Shown: positions 8,229 to 19,269 of the stretch, one piece after another
How positions within the stretch are numbered: the first letter of the stretch is position 1
How the letters are laid out: every line of letters starts with the position of its first letter
Source of the DNA: Spirochaetia bacterium
GTDB taxonomy: Bacteria > Spirochaetota > Spirochaetia > CAKZLE01
Direction of reading: 5' to 3'
Length of the DNA: 64,000 bases
Assembly: GCA_963677595.1 (NCBI GenBank)
Contig: OY782041.1
Location: forward strand, 2,656,001-2,720,000
Translations under genes and position numbers: made by a program
The notes under the pieces: generated by a model
Database searches by the model: none
What the model saw: only the letters and a program-made list of their open reading frames with translations
Told to the model about the DNA's origin: nothing

Positions 8229-10658
8229 TCAATGCCTCAGGTGCATGAGCTTGAGTGCTGTGCGATCCTTGGGGATATCACCGAGCAGTGAGATCCTCCG
8301 AGGCCTGTCGGGGAAGAGGTGGAAGCAGTTATCGCTGAAGCGCCCCTTCCACCCGGGAAGCTCGAGCCACAGGTAGAGGACCGGCACATCGGTCTCAAGG
8401 ATGACCTCACTCCCCGTGACCGGGGTGACCTTCACGGCTGCTTCCCTCAGGCCGCAGCGCTTGGGTTCGGCAAAGAGGAGGGTGGTCTCCGCTTCCGGTA
8501 TATCCCCATCGGGGATGAACCGGACCCGCAGGCAGGATGCGAATCTCTCAGCTTCCGAAAGCTCCAAACCGAACATCTCCATGGATGTTGATGCTTCAGC
8601 CTCGAGGACGGCCTTGTCTTCAAGGAGTCCTCTCACCGCACCGTCGAAGTCGACCAGGTCTACCTGGAGGCTGCCGCTAACCGGTGCCTCCGTATCGTTC
8701 ACACCATAGATAGTGATGGTACCGGGAGACTCCTCCCTGACCGTGATCATGAGCGGGGCGAAGAAGCGGGCTGCAGCGTAGTGGAGGGTCTTCCACCTGC
8801 CCCCGTACTCGATCGAGGACCAGGAGGCTGCAGGCCAGGTATCGTTGAGCTGCCAGTAGAGGGCTCCCATGCAGAGTGGACGCTTCGAGCGCCAGTACTC
8901 GACTGCGGTGGTGATGGCCAGCGCCTGCTGCACCTGGCTCAGGTAGACCTGGTCAGAGAAGGAGGCGGGGAGTCGGAAGTACCGGGTGAACGTCGAGAGG
9001 ATGATCGAGTTCCCGCGGTCGTTTCGCTGATGGTGCTCCATGACCGGGCTGCTGATGTTCAGGTCCTCACCTGTATCGCAGAAGGACTCGATCAGGGGGA
9101 GGGACGGGAAGGACTGGAAGCCGAACTCGGAACAGAAGCGTGGGGTAACCTCATGATAGGCCTCGAAGGGCTTCCCCTCGTGCCAGACACTCCAGTAGTG
9201 CATGTCGCCCTTCGAGTCATCATGCCAGTTGTCCGAGTAGTCGCCTTCGCCGGCTGAGGGGGAGGAGGGCCACCAGGTCCGGTTGGGGTCAAGCTCCCTG
9301 ACCGTGCTGCCGATGATCCCCTCGTTGAGCCGGTCATAGTCGATGAGGTAGCGGTCCCGCTGCTTCCGCGACTCCTCGAACCAGGTCAACGCCCCGATAT
9401 CTTCGTTATTCCCGCACCAGAGTGCGATGGAGGGGTGATCCTTCAGGCGCTTGACCTGGTGGCGAACCTCTTCGTTGACATTCTCAAGGAAATACTCCTG
9501 TGCAGGGTAGAGGGCGCAGGAGAACATGAAGTCCTGCCAGACCATGAGGCCGAGCCGGTCGCAGAGACCGTAGAACCAGTCAGGCTCATACCTGCCGCCT
9601 CCCCAGACGCGTATCATGTTCATATTGGCATCGACTGCCGACTGGAGCAGACCCTCCACGTCAGTCTCCCTGATCCTGCCGGGAAGCGAGTCGGCAGGTA
9701 TCCAGTTGGCTCCCTTGCAGAAGATATCCTTCCCGTTGACCCGGAAGGTCATCGGCCTGCCGTGGGCATCTGGTGTGGTATCGACCTCTACCGTCCTGAA
9801 CCCTACCTGCTTGTTCACCGCATCATGCCCTGTCTTCACGCGCAGCTCATAGAGCGGCTGTTCCCCGTAGCCTGCCGGCCACCAGGGTTCCACCCCGTCT
9901 ATGGTGAGGGTCCTCGTTAGCTCGGTGCTGCCGACCTGCAGGAGTATTCTCTCCTCATGCCGGACTCCGGCACACGAGATCGTGAGCGTCGTCTCCCCGG
10001 TGCGTGAGGACTGCAGTTCGGTCACCACATCGAGGAGCCACCGATCCCCATCCCTGGTGAGGTTCGTGTGGACATACTCGATCCGCTCGAGGGGGGAGGC
10101 AAGGAGGACGGGGGCCTCATAGAGACCTGCGACCATGAGGCAGGGACCCCAGTCCCAGCCGCCGTGGCACTGGACCTTCCTGATGAGGTTCCGGTGGGGC
10201 GACTGGGTGGGGTAGGTCATATAGGGGACCGGGTAGGGGAGCCGGGTGCTCAACTCCCGGGCCTTCTGTTCGGCCGATGAGAGCTTGACGGTGATCGTGT
10301 TCGTCCCTGCAGTCACGGTCCCCGATACATCGAACCGGTATCGCACGAACATGTTCTCACAGGTGCCGATGACCGTCCCGTTGAGGAGGACCTCAGCGAA
10401 GGTGTCGACACTCTCGAGCTCGAGGAAGAGCTCTCCTGACTCAAGGAGGGAAGCCGGGCAGTCGAACTCCCTGGCCAGGATCCAGTCGACCCTGCCGATC
10501 CACTGAAGCTCCTGCTCCTGCATCCCGTGAAACGGGTCAGGGATCAGGCCCGCTTCCAGGAGTGCGGTATGGGTATCCCCGGGGATGGCTGCCGGGATGT
10601 CTATACCCCGTTCAGCCTGCTGAAGTCGCCAGTTCCCGTCCAGTGTGATCCGTTCCAT
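8229..10658 (-). CDS. Beta-mannosidase-like glycoside hydrolase, family GH2
   Basis: GWDWGP, KGANWIP, RVWGGG, WQDFMF, WCGNNE, SEFGFQS, YWQLND motifs. Confidence 0.92.
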   Translation of the reverse strand: MERITLDGNWRLQQAERGIDIPAAIPGDTHTALLEAGLIPDPFHGMQEQELQWIGRVDWILAREFDCPASLLESGELFLELESVDTFAEVLLNGTVIGTCENMFVRYRFDVSGTVTAGTNTITVKLSSAEQKARELSTRLPYPVPYMTYPTQSPHRNLIRKVQCHGGWDWGPCLMVAGLYEAPVLLASPLERIEYVHTNLTRDGDRWLLDVVTELQSSRTGETTLTISCAGVRHEERILLQVGSTELTRTLTIDGVEPWWPAGYGEQPLYELRVKTGHDAVNKQVGFRTVEVDTTPDAHGRPMTFRVNGKDIFCKGANWIPADSLPGRIRETDVEGLLQSAVDANMNMIRVWGGGRYEPDWFYGLCDRLGLMVWQDFMFSCALYPAQEYFLENVNEEVRHQVKRLKDHPSIALWCGNNEDIGALTWFEESRKQRDRYLIDYDRLNEGIIGSTVRELDPNRTWWPSSPSAGEGDYSDNWHDDSKGDMHYWSVWHEGKPFEAYHEVTPRFCSEFGFQSFPSLPLIESFCDTGEDLNISSPVMEHHQRNDRGNSIILSTFTRYFRLPASFSDQVYLSQVQQALAITTAVEYWRSKRPLCMGALYWQLNDTWPAASWSSIEYGGRWKTLHYAAARFFAPLMITVREESPGTITIYGVNDTEAPVSGSLQVDLVDFDGAVRGLLEDKAVLEAEASTSMEMFGLELSEAERFASCLRVRFIPDGDIPEAETTLLFAEPKRCGLREAAVKVTPVTGSEVILETDVPVLYLWLELPGWKGRFSDNCFHLFPDRPRRISLLGDIPKDRTALKLMHLRH

Positions 10659-10725
10659 ATCGCATCCTCCTTGTGCAGCCCGTTACCGCCTGCCAGTGTT
10701 CGTAAAAATTCTACCATATTTTTGG

Positions 10726-10782
10726 TTGACAGCATGTAAGACTCATGTAATACTCTAGTTAGTTGATTTAAAAACCAACTAA
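10726..10782 (+). promoter_or_regulatory. Promoter (-35 TTGACA) with ROK/XylR-type operator
   Basis: TTGACA 10726-10731; TTAGTTG-N10-CAACTAA at 10759-10782 resembles Bacillus XylR operators. Confidence 0.7.
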
Positions 10783-10838
10783 AGAATCATAGCATGATTA
10801 CGTACAGGATGCAATCAGAATAGGAGCAATCATAATCG

Positions 10839-12002
10839 ATGAAGCGTACGAAACGGATTAACAGGGCACTGATCCTCAGGGAGATCTGGCAGCAGCATGA
10901 GACCAGCCGCATCGAGATCGCCCGGAGCCTCGAACTGGACAAGTCCACTGTTTCCAATGCCGTGAAGGAGCTCATCGATGCTGGCATCATCATTGAGACC
11001 GAGGAGGGGAGGTCCGGCCCCCAGGGGGGACGGAAGCCCAAGTTCATCTCGCTCAACAGCGAGTACGGCTGCATCCTCGGGGTGGAGATCACCCCTGAAC
11101 AATGCACGGCTGTGGCACTGGACCTCACCGGGGAGATCATCGGCTCCTGGGTACACCCGCTCTCACTCCATGGGAAGGACCTGACCGAGCTCTTCACCGG
11201 CTGTCTGGAACGGCTCGTGGAGGAGGTCGAGAAGACGGGAAAGGAGCTGCTCGGCATCGGGGTCGGGATCTCCGGTGTCGTCAACGGTGAGGCGGGGATC
11301 ATCATGTACTCCGAACCGCTTGGGATCACGGAGGATTATGACTTCTACCAGGAGGTCTCCTCCCATTTCAGCGTCCCTGTCTTCATCGACAATGATGCCA
11401 ATGCCTGTGTGTGGGGGGAGCTTGCCTTCCACCGCAGGGCAGAGTTGAGGGACTTTCTCTTCCTGCTCCTCGAGTTCCGGGACTACGACCCCGCAGTCGA
11501 TCCGGTCTGCAACCGGATCGCTGTCGGTATGGGTATCGTCATCGGCGGTGCGGTCCACTACGGGACCCAGTACTCAGCCGGTGAGTTCCGGTCGATCTAC
11601 CGGCGTGATGATTCGGTGGGGCAGTTCTCCCTGACCGAGGACGAGCAGCAGCGGATCTTCTCCGACCCCGCGGTGATGGAGAAACTCCTTACCGAGCTCT
11701 TCGCCCATACCGGCCTGATCATGAACACCTTTAACCTGAGCCATGTGATCCTCGGAGGGGCGTTCGAGGAGCTTGGGGATTCGGTGAAGCAGATCCTTGA
11801 ACAGGAGATCCGCAGGAACTGGCCCTATCCCTACCGGTATATGGTCAATGAGAATATCTGGTTCTCGTCATTCGGGAAGCAGGCAGTATCCTACGGCGCA
11901 GCCGGGATGGTGCTCAACACCCTCTTCGGCGAGGCTGATGTACTGGAAGGCATTAGCAGAAGACGGAACCTGCAGGACGGGATCGTCGTCTTCTCGAAAT
12001 AG
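10839..12002 (+). CDS. ROK family transcriptional regulator
   Basis: N-terminal HTH SRIEIARSLELDKSTVS, GGRKP, DNDANA, AGEF. Confidence 0.92.
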   Translation: MKRTKRINRALILREIWQQHETSRIEIARSLELDKSTVSNAVKELIDAGIIIETEEGRSGPQGGRKPKFISLNSEYGCILGVEITPEQCTAVALDLTGEIIGSWVHPLSLHGKDLTELFTGCLERLVEEVEKTGKELLGIGVGISGVVNGEAGIIMYSEPLGITEDYDFYQEVSSHFSVPVFIDNDANACVWGELAFHRRAELRDFLFLLLEFRDYDPAVDPVCNRIAVGMGIVIGGAVHYGTQYSAGEFRSIYRRDDSVGQFSLTEDEQQRIFSDPAVMEKLLTELFAHTGLIMNTFNLSHVILGGAFEELGDSVKQILEQEIRRNWPYPYRYMVNENIWFSSFGKQAVSYGAAGMVLNTLFGEADVLEGISRRRNLQDGIVVFSK

Positions 12003-12018
12003 TAGAGTTGGGATTTCA

Positions 12019-12040
12019 CAGGCCTGCAGCTGCAGGCCTG
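12019..12040. repeat. 22-bp perfect palindrome between ROK and SBP genes
   Basis: CAGGCCTGCAGCTGCAGGCCTG. Confidence 0.8.
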
Positions 12041-12087
12041 GAAAAAGAGTAAAGAATTTTCTCTAAGAAAGGAGAAAAGGGGGAAAC

Positions 12088-13380
12088 ATGAAAAAAGTGA
12101 AAGTGGTTCTTGCCGTGATCGTACTGTCGGTCTTCCTGATCGGGACAGTCAGCGCTCAGGGTGCAGTGGAATCAGCAGGTCCTGAGAAGGTCGTGGTCAA
12201 GGCAATGGCGTATGGCGACAACTCAAACCAGGAAGGTGTGAACTGGGTTCGAATCGTCAATTCGTTCGAGGAAGAGAATCCGAACATCGACATCGACTAT
12301 GAGATGCTCTATGACGAGGCGTACCACCAGAAGGTCGTTGCACGGCTTGCTTCTGGCGACGTGCCTGACTTGGCGTACATGGGTGCAGACGCCCGATGGG
12401 GACTCCCCTGGAAGGAAGCAGGACAGCAGCTTGACATCACTCCTTACATTGACGCAAGCTACTACGACCTGAACCTGATCCCCTCGATGGGGCCGAACGG
12501 TGAGATCTATGAGATCCCCCTTGGGACGAGCAACATCACCACCGTACTATTCATGAACGAGAACCTGGTGAAGGAACTCGGCTTCAGCGCACCGAAGACC
12601 TATGAGGACCTCGTAGCCATGGTTCCTGCTGCCAAGAAGGCAGGCGTGGAAGTCGTGAGCATCGACGGTGCTGATGGTTGGGCATGGGGTTCCTGCCTGA
12701 TGTCTACGGTCATCGCACGCATGTCAGGGGACGCTGCATGGGTCTCCAAGGCAGTCGCAGGCGAGAACAAGTTCAACGACCCGGCAATGGTCAAGTCGCT
12801 TGACTTCCTCTCACAGATGGTCGAAGACGGGGTGATCTCTTCCAAGTCAGTCCTCGTCGACTACGGTGCCAACGTATCGAACTACAGCAACGGCAAGGCT
12901 CTCTTCATGGTACAGGGACAGTGGGTCGCAGGAAGCATCGAGAATCCTGAAGTGGCTGAGGCTACCAAGATGATCGCTTGGCCGAAACTCCCCGGCGAGA
13001 AGGGAACCGCAGGTTCAGTCGCAGCAGCCATCCAGGTCGGCTACGGCCTCACCAAGCAGGGAGCTTCAGACCCTGCAGTCAGGGATGCAGCCCTCAAGTT
13101 CATCCAGTACTTCTACAGCCATGCTGAGACTACCCAGAGACTGATTGACGGTGCTATCGTGGCTCCTATCCTCAAGAACTTCAAGGTCCCTGCTGACCTG
13201 CCGACTATCATGAAGGAGAAGGTCGCCCTCGCACAGAGCGCACCAACCACAGACGTCATCGACGCATTCTTGAGCGGTGCAGCCAATGATGAGCTCAATG
13301 CCGGCATGCAGAAGATCGTCAGCGGACAGGCAACTGCCCAGGAGATCGCAGACAAGGTAGAATCCCTCGTAACGAGGTAG
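12088..13380 (+). CDS. Carbohydrate ABC transporter substrate-binding protein
   Basis: Signal peptide; SBP features FEEENPNIDI, LASGDVPDL, GKALF; precedes two permeases. Confidence 0.92.
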   Translation: MKKVKVVLAVIVLSVFLIGTVSAQGAVESAGPEKVVVKAMAYGDNSNQEGVNWVRIVNSFEEENPNIDIDYEMLYDEAYHQKVVARLASGDVPDLAYMGADARWGLPWKEAGQQLDITPYIDASYYDLNLIPSMGPNGEIYEIPLGTSNITTVLFMNENLVKELGFSAPKTYEDLVAMVPAAKKAGVEVVSIDGADGWAWGSCLMSTVIARMSGDAAWVSKAVAGENKFNDPAMVKSLDFLSQMVEDGVISSKSVLVDYGANVSNYSNGKALFMVQGQWVAGSIENPEVAEATKMIAWPKLPGEKGTAGSVAAAIQVGYGLTKQGASDPAVRDAALKFIQYFYSHAETTQRLIDGAIVAPILKNFKVPADLPTIMKEKVALAQSAPTTDVIDAFLSGAANDELNAGMQKIVSGQATAQEIADKVESLVTR

Positions 13381-13396
13381 GTACCATACCAAGGTC

Positions 13397-13422
13397 AAGC
13401 GGGAGGGGAAACCCTCCCGCTT
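13397..13422 (+). terminator. 11-bp stem with GAAA loop after SBP gene (mRNA stabiliser / partial terminator)
   Basis: AAGCGGGAGGG-GAAA-CCCTCCCGCTT, no long U-tract. Confidence 0.65.
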
Positions 13423-13450
13423 CATGTAACAGATACTGGAGGAGACGAAC

Positions 13451-14353
13451 GTGACGAAACGAGACCTGCGGGATGTGCCGGCTTACCTGGCATTGATAGC
13501 CCCCGCCCTGATCATCTACCTGTTCATCATAGCCTACCCGATAGTCTACTCGGTTTGGCTCAGCTTCACCGATTTCAACCCGAACAGGGGCGGTGAGTGG
13601 AGTTTCGTCGGCCTCCTGCAGTATCGGGGGATGTTCACAGACCCCTACTTCTGGCATGCACTGAAGAACAACCTCATCGTCGTGGCCATCTCGGTCTTCG
13701 GCCAGATCCCGCTCGGGTTCGTCCTGGCCTACATCATCTACCGGAAGATGGTGAAGGGGTCCAACTTCTTCCAGGTCGTGGTGTTCCTGCCCCATTTCCT
13801 CTCGACGATCGTCATCGGTATCCTCTGGAAGCGGATGTTCCAGGCCGACGGCCCTGTCTCGAGGCTGCTGCAGCTCATACACCATGACCCGTCCGCCCAG
13901 TTCGAGATGATGCTCTACCCGGAGACGGTCATGATCCCGATCGGGTTCGCCCTCATCTGGATCTATACCGGGCTCTACATGATCATCTTCCTGGCCAATC
14001 TCCAGAAGATCGACGACAACCTCATCGAGGCAGCCAAGATCGACGGAGCGACCGAGCCCCAGGTCTTCCTCAAGGTGATCGTGCCGATCCTCTCGGGAAC
14101 GATCATCGTCTCCACGATCCTCGCGATCGCCGGGTCCCTCAGGGGGTTCGACCTGATCTTCTCGATCACGACCCAGGGGCTGCAGCGGAACAATGCCATG
14201 GTGCTGCCGATCTTCATGTACCAGACAGCTTTCCAGGATTATGCGAATGATATGCGGTTCGCCTACGGTGCCGCGATCTCGAACATCATCGTGGTGATCA
14301 GCCTGCTGCTGATAGGCGTCAGCAAGCTGATCGGCAGGAACAGTGAGGAGTAG
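13451..14353 (+). CDS. Carbohydrate ABC transporter permease
   Basis: Multiple TM segments; EAA motif EAAKIDGA. Confidence 0.93.
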   Translation: MTKRDLRDVPAYLALIAPALIIYLFIIAYPIVYSVWLSFTDFNPNRGGEWSFVGLLQYRGMFTDPYFWHALKNNLIVVAISVFGQIPLGFVLAYIIYRKMVKGSNFFQVVVFLPHFLSTIVIGILWKRMFQADGPVSRLLQLIHHDPSAQFEMMLYPETVMIPIGFALIWIYTGLYMIIFLANLQKIDDNLIEAAKIDGATEPQVFLKVIVPILSGTIIVSTILAIAGSLRGFDLIFSITTQGLQRNNAMVLPIFMYQTAFQDYANDMRFAYGAAISNIIVVISLLLIGVSKLIGRNSEE

Positions 14354-14359
14354 GCTACC

Positions 14360-15454
14360 ATGAGACAAGACAGACCGAAATCGATCCTGGGACGCACCCT
14401 CTCCTATATCGTGCTCGTCAGCTGGGCGCTGATCACGATCATCCCGCTCGTCTGGATGACCTACTCATCCTTCAAGTCGAACGAGGAGCTTACCCGCGAT
14501 ATCTACGCATTGCCGTATGACCTGATCCACACCAGCGATGACGAATATGTGGTTATCAAGCCGCAGCTCAACGTCATCCCTGATTACGACGTGAAGAAGG
14601 ATACCCGTGAGCGCCTGATCATCGAATCGACCACCATCTCCCCCGGGAGGAGGCTGATGGTCTACTTCCTGGTGAAGGAGGACCTGCCGGCAGAGCTTGC
14701 AGCCCTGGAGCCCGGCGATACCCTGACGGTCTCACAGCTTCCCGGCTCCATGCGTCGGGAGCTCGGCTGGAAGACGATGCTCTTCAACTACCGTTCGGCG
14801 ATCTCGCGGGGCGGGCTGGGCCAGAAGTTCATCAACAGCATCATCTATGCCGGGGTCTCGACCTTCCTGGTGAACCTCTTCGCGCTGATGACCGCTTTCG
14901 CGATCAGCAAGATGCAGTTCCGGAAGGTATCGATCGCCATCTCGGCACTGATCGGGTTCGGGTACCTGATCAGCATCAACTCGGTGATCATCCCGCTCTT
15001 CCTGATGCTCTCGAGGATCGGGCTGACTGATACCCACCTCGGTATCATCCTCGTCTACGTCGCCTTCGGGCTCCCCCTGGCGGTCATGCTGACCACCAGC
15101 TTCGTCCGGGGCATCCCGAGCAGCCTCATCGAGTCCGCGAGGATGGACGGGGCCCCGACCTTCAAGATCCTCACCGCGATCATCACGCCGATCGCGACCC
15201 CGGTGATCATCACGGTGAGCATCATCACGGCCCTGGGTATCTGGAACGAGTTCATGCTCGTACTGGTCCTGGCGAGCTCCGAGTTCACCAAGTCCCTGCC
15301 GGTAGGGGTATTCTCCTTCTCGAGCCTGACGAGCACCCAGCTCGGCTGGCAGCTCGCCGCCCTCGTCGTCGCGACGGCACCGGCCATGATCGTCTACTTC
15401 ACCTTCCAGAAGCAGCTGGCTGAAGGGGTCGTCGGAGGGGCGATCAAGGGGTAG
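14360..15454 (+). CDS. Carbohydrate ABC transporter permease with enlarged extracytoplasmic loop
   Basis: ESARMDGA, WNEF, C-terminal GAIKG. Confidence 0.93.
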   Translation: MRQDRPKSILGRTLSYIVLVSWALITIIPLVWMTYSSFKSNEELTRDIYALPYDLIHTSDDEYVVIKPQLNVIPDYDVKKDTRERLIIESTTISPGRRLMVYFLVKEDLPAELAALEPGDTLTVSQLPGSMRRELGWKTMLFNYRSAISRGGLGQKFINSIIYAGVSTFLVNLFALMTAFAISKMQFRKVSIAISALIGFGYLISINSVIIPLFLMLSRIGLTDTHLGIILVYVAFGLPLAVMLTTSFVRGIPSSLIESARMDGAPTFKILTAIITPIATPVIITVSIITALGIWNEFMLVLVLASSEFTKSLPVGVFSFSSLTSTQLGWQLAALVVATAPAMIVYFTFQKQLAEGVVGGAIKG

Positions 15455-15516
15455 GGAGAGACCGTTCTTTTCCAGATGCCATACACACAGGTTTGAAAAA
15501 CCGAAAGGGGAGTCCT

Positions 15517-17274
15517 ATGCAGATCTTACATAATCATGTCGGCTACCGTCCCGATGCCTGGAAGTTCATGATCCTCCAGGCAGACAGAGCATTCCCATCC
15601 GCCGATGAGCTCACCGCGGAGCTGCTGGAAGCAGGGAACGACCAGGTCATCTCCCGGTTCTCCCCCTCCTGGACGGGCAGCGTGCCCGGCTGGAAGGGAC
15701 GGTACTTCTGCCGGTTCGACTTCTCCCAGGTCACTGACCCGGGAACCTACCGGTTCCGGATAGAGACAGGCGGGAGGACCCTCTACGGGAACCCCTTCAC
15801 GATATCGGAGGAGGCAGCTGATGAGCTGATGGTCTCGAACCTTCTCTTCTACCTCAAGGGACAGCGCTCCTCAGGCAGCTGGGACGAGGTGGACCGTTCG
15901 ATCCCCTTCTTCGGGGACCGGGATGGCTGCGTCGATGTGCACGGGGGCTGGTTCGATGCCGCCGGGGATTACAGCAAGTACCTCTCGCACCTCTCCTATG
16001 CGAACTTCCTCAACCCCCAGCAGATCCCCCTGACCGTCTGGGCCCTGGTGCAGACGGGGGAGACCCTCAAAGGCATCCCTGTCCATGCCGATACCCTGCT
16101 TGCCGACCGCCTCTTCGAGGAGGCCTGGTGGGGAGCCGACTTCCTCATGCGGATGCTGGACCCCGAAGGGTTCTTCTACATGACCGTCTTCGACAAGTGG
16201 AGCAAGGACCACCATGAGCGGATGATCTCAGCCTTCAGGACAAAGCAGGGGATCAGGATGGAGAACTACCAGGCAGGTTTCCGCCAGGGAGGCGGAATGG
16301 CCATAGCAGCCCTCGCACGGGTCTCTGCCCATGAACGGGACAGGATCCCCGCAGACGGCTTCACGCCCTCCCAGTGCCTTGCCGCCGCTGAGCGGGGCTA
16401 CCGCCACCTGGTCGAGCACAATTCTGCATACCTCGACAACGGCCGCGAGAACATCATCGACTGCTACTGTGCCCTCACAGCTGCCGTCGAGCTCCTCAAG
16501 GCGACAGATCATGACTGGTACCTCGAAGAGGCACGACGCTGGTCAGGGAGGCTCTCCTCCCTCTATGATCCCACACTCCCAGGTTGGCTGGTTGAGGAGG
16601 GCTCAAGCCGCCCCTTCTACCATGCATCCGACTCAGGACTGCCGATTCTCTCCCTGCTCCTGTACACCCGTATCGAGCCTGAAGAGCCGCGAAGGAAAGA
16701 GACCGCAAGCCTGGTCCTCGATGCACTGAAGACTGAACTGGAACGTACAGCTGTCGAGGGAAACCCCTTCATGCATACCAGGCAGCCCGTGCAGGCTGCC
16801 CGGGGAGGGGAGGTGCGTACCTCCTTCTTCGTTCCCCATGACAACGAGTCAGGCTACTGGTGGCAGGGGGAGAATGCGAGACTCGCATCCATGGCTGCCA
16901 TGATGCGGATCGCTGCCTCCTCAGAAGAGCTGCAGGGACTCGCGGGAGCAAAAGAGGAGATCACAGATCACCTGCGGCAGGCCGCTGATGCCCAGCTCGA
17001 TTGGATCCTCGGCTGCAACCCCTTCGATACCTGCATGTTCCAGGGGTACGGGAGGAACAATCCCCGCTATGAGAAGCACTACCCGAATGCCCCGGGAGGG
17101 ATCTGTAACGGGATCACCGGAGGTTTCGAGGATGAGGAAGACATAGACTTCCTGCCTGCAGCCGCTGCAGGCATGGGCGACCACCGGTGGAGGTGGAGCG
17201 AACAGTGGATCCCCCACGCTTCCTGGTTCCTGCTGGCACTGGCAGCAGAACTCGGGCAGATCCCCCTGGGATAA
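15517..17274 (+). CDS. GH9-family glycoside hydrolase, Vibrio/Photobacterium exo-beta-glucosaminidase-like
   Basis: GGWFDAAGDYSKYLSHLSYANFLNPQQ and WWQGENARLAS motifs; N-terminal NHVGY Ig-like module; no signal peptide. Confidence 0.8.
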   Translation: MQILHNHVGYRPDAWKFMILQADRAFPSADELTAELLEAGNDQVISRFSPSWTGSVPGWKGRYFCRFDFSQVTDPGTYRFRIETGGRTLYGNPFTISEEAADELMVSNLLFYLKGQRSSGSWDEVDRSIPFFGDRDGCVDVHGGWFDAAGDYSKYLSHLSYANFLNPQQIPLTVWALVQTGETLKGIPVHADTLLADRLFEEAWWGADFLMRMLDPEGFFYMTVFDKWSKDHHERMISAFRTKQGIRMENYQAGFRQGGGMAIAALARVSAHERDRIPADGFTPSQCLAAAERGYRHLVEHNSAYLDNGRENIIDCYCALTAAVELLKATDHDWYLEEARRWSGRLSSLYDPTLPGWLVEEGSSRPFYHASDSGLPILSLLLYTRIEPEEPRRKETASLVLDALKTELERTAVEGNPFMHTRQPVQAARGGEVRTSFFVPHDNESGYWWQGENARLASMAAMMRIAASSEELQGLAGAKEEITDHLRQAADAQLDWILGCNPFDTCMFQGYGRNNPRYEKHYPNAPGGICNGITGGFEDEEDIDFLPAAAAGMGDHRWRWSEQWIPHASWFLLALAAELGQIPLG

Positions 17275-17278
17275 GCAG

Positions 17279-19177
17279 ATGAACAGAAAGAGTGGTGATC
17301 CGGCCAGGCAGCTTGTCCCAGTACCGAAGGCCCTGGAACTCCAGGCTTCGTTATACCTCGAACTTCCAATAGGGACAGCAGCTTCCATCCGGCAGTATAC
17401 CGTTGGTGACAGTTTGCCAGCCGGATTCTCCTGGGAGAGAACACAGCCGGCAGGACCGGGCAGGTTCGACTGGTACCGTATGACCATCGATGAGTCATCC
17501 GTCCTGATCGAATGCGTTGAGGAGAAGATCCTCTTCACCGCCATGCAGACGATACGGCAGCTGATTGACCATCACGGGCCTGCATACCGCCTTCCCTGCG
17601 GGATGGTGGAGGACTGGTCCGATCTCGAATGGCGTGCGGTCATGCTCGATATAAGCCGGGACCGGGTACCGACGATGGGGACGCTCCTATCCCTCATCGA
17701 CCTCTTCGCCGGGCTGAAGTATAACCAGCTGCAGCTCTACATGGAACATACCTATGCCTACACAGGCCATGAGAACGTCTGGGAGCATGCTTCCCCTCTC
17801 ACACCGGACGAGTTCAGGCAGTTGGAAGCCTACTGCGCCGCACGCGGCATCGAGCTGGTCCCCAACCAGAACTCCTTCGGCCATATGGAGCGATGGCTCA
17901 GGCACCCGGAATACCACCACCTCGCGGAGATGCCTGACGGGTTCATCGACCCCTGGGATGTCTTCCGCCCCGAATCCTCGACCCTTGCCCCGGCAGTACC
18001 CGGGTCACTGGAGCTGGTCGCAGACCTCTTCTCCCAGCTGCTCCCGGGACGCATGAGCCCATATGTGAACATCGGGGGGGATGAACCCTGGGAACTCGGG
18101 CAGGGCAGGAGCGAGACGCTCTGTGCCCAGAAGGGCCTTGACCGGGTCTATGTGGATTTTCTTGAAGGCATCCACCGCCTGGCAGCTGATTATGGGAAAC
18201 GCATCATGGTCTGGGCAGATGTCCTGATGAAGCATCCCGATGTGGTGAAGAGCCTCCCTGGCGACATGGTCCTGATGGACTGGGGCTATGAGGCAGACCA
18301 CCCCTTCGCTTCCGAGTGTGCGCTCCTCTCGGACTCCGGATTCGACTATGTCATCTGTGCGGGTAACTCTGCCTGGAACACGATCGGGGGTAGGTGGAAG
18401 AACGCGGAAGGGAACCTCCTCAATGCCGTGAAGCATGCGCATGCCAATGCGCATCCCGCAAGGGGGCTGATGGTCACCGAGTGGGGGGACAACGGCCACT
18501 GGCAGCAGCTGCCCATCGGGATCCCGGGCTTCATCCTGGGAAGCGAGGCTGCCTGGAACGGTACTGATGTACACCTGCTGGATATGCCCTGGGCAGTAGC
18601 AAGCAGCTTTCGGGAACATCCTGCCCTCCTGTACGGGGAATGGGATCACGGACACGAGCGGGAGGACGTAGTACCGGCTGTTGGGCCGCTTGCTCAAGCC
18701 CTCATGCGGATCGAGGGTATCGGGGAGATCTACCTGGAGGAGACCGGGAGACCCAAGATCCATAACACGACGCTGCTCGGTGCCCTGCTGCTCGACCACC
18801 TTGCTCCCTATTACGCGGAGGATATCGCGCGGTTCGCTGGCTACAGGTTCGAACGCGAGCTAACAGAACTCGACCGGGTCGATGGACTGCTGGCAACGGT
18901 CCCGACGGGGCTGCTCATGCAGGCAGAGCTTTCCTGGACTGCCCGGATGCTCAGGTTCTCCTGTGAACTGGGTACCGAACGGCTCTCAGGCAGCGGGCTG
19001 CTCCCGATCACAGGGATCCCGCAGCCACGGGCTGCAGAACTGGCTGCACAGCTTGAAGTGCTTATCGCCGAGTACCGGAGACTCTGGCAGGAGAGATCCC
19101 GTCCAGGCGGCCTTGGGGATAGTGCAGGGCGGCTGGAGTCGCTCGTAAAGCTTTTCAGGAATCTCCCTGAGAGATGA
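17279..19177 (+). CDS. GH20 beta-N-acetylhexosaminidase-like protein
   Basis: RAVMLDISRDRVP, NQNSFGH, catalytic GGDE, TEWGDNGH. Confidence 0.88.
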   Translation: MNRKSGDPARQLVPVPKALELQASLYLELPIGTAASIRQYTVGDSLPAGFSWERTQPAGPGRFDWYRMTIDESSVLIECVEEKILFTAMQTIRQLIDHHGPAYRLPCGMVEDWSDLEWRAVMLDISRDRVPTMGTLLSLIDLFAGLKYNQLQLYMEHTYAYTGHENVWEHASPLTPDEFRQLEAYCAARGIELVPNQNSFGHMERWLRHPEYHHLAEMPDGFIDPWDVFRPESSTLAPAVPGSLELVADLFSQLLPGRMSPYVNIGGDEPWELGQGRSETLCAQKGLDRVYVDFLEGIHRLAADYGKRIMVWADVLMKHPDVVKSLPGDMVLMDWGYEADHPFASECALLSDSGFDYVICAGNSAWNTIGGRWKNAEGNLLNAVKHAHANAHPARGLMVTEWGDNGHWQQLPIGIPGFILGSEAAWNGTDVHLLDMPWAVASSFREHPALLYGEWDHGHEREDVVPAVGPLAQALMRIEGIGEIYLEETGRPKIHNTTLLGALLLDHLAPYYAEDIARFAGYRFERELTELDRVDGLLATVPTGLLMQAELSWTARMLRFSCELGTERLSGSGLLPITGIPQPRAAELAAQLEVLIAEYRRLWQERSRPGGLGDSAGRLESLVKLFRNLPER

Positions 19178-19269
19178 TCTGCCAATACACATCGTACAAT
19201 ACTGTTTTATCATAAGCAATCGGTGGCTGCATCCCTTGATGCAGCCTTCCCTGACTCTTATAATAAGCT

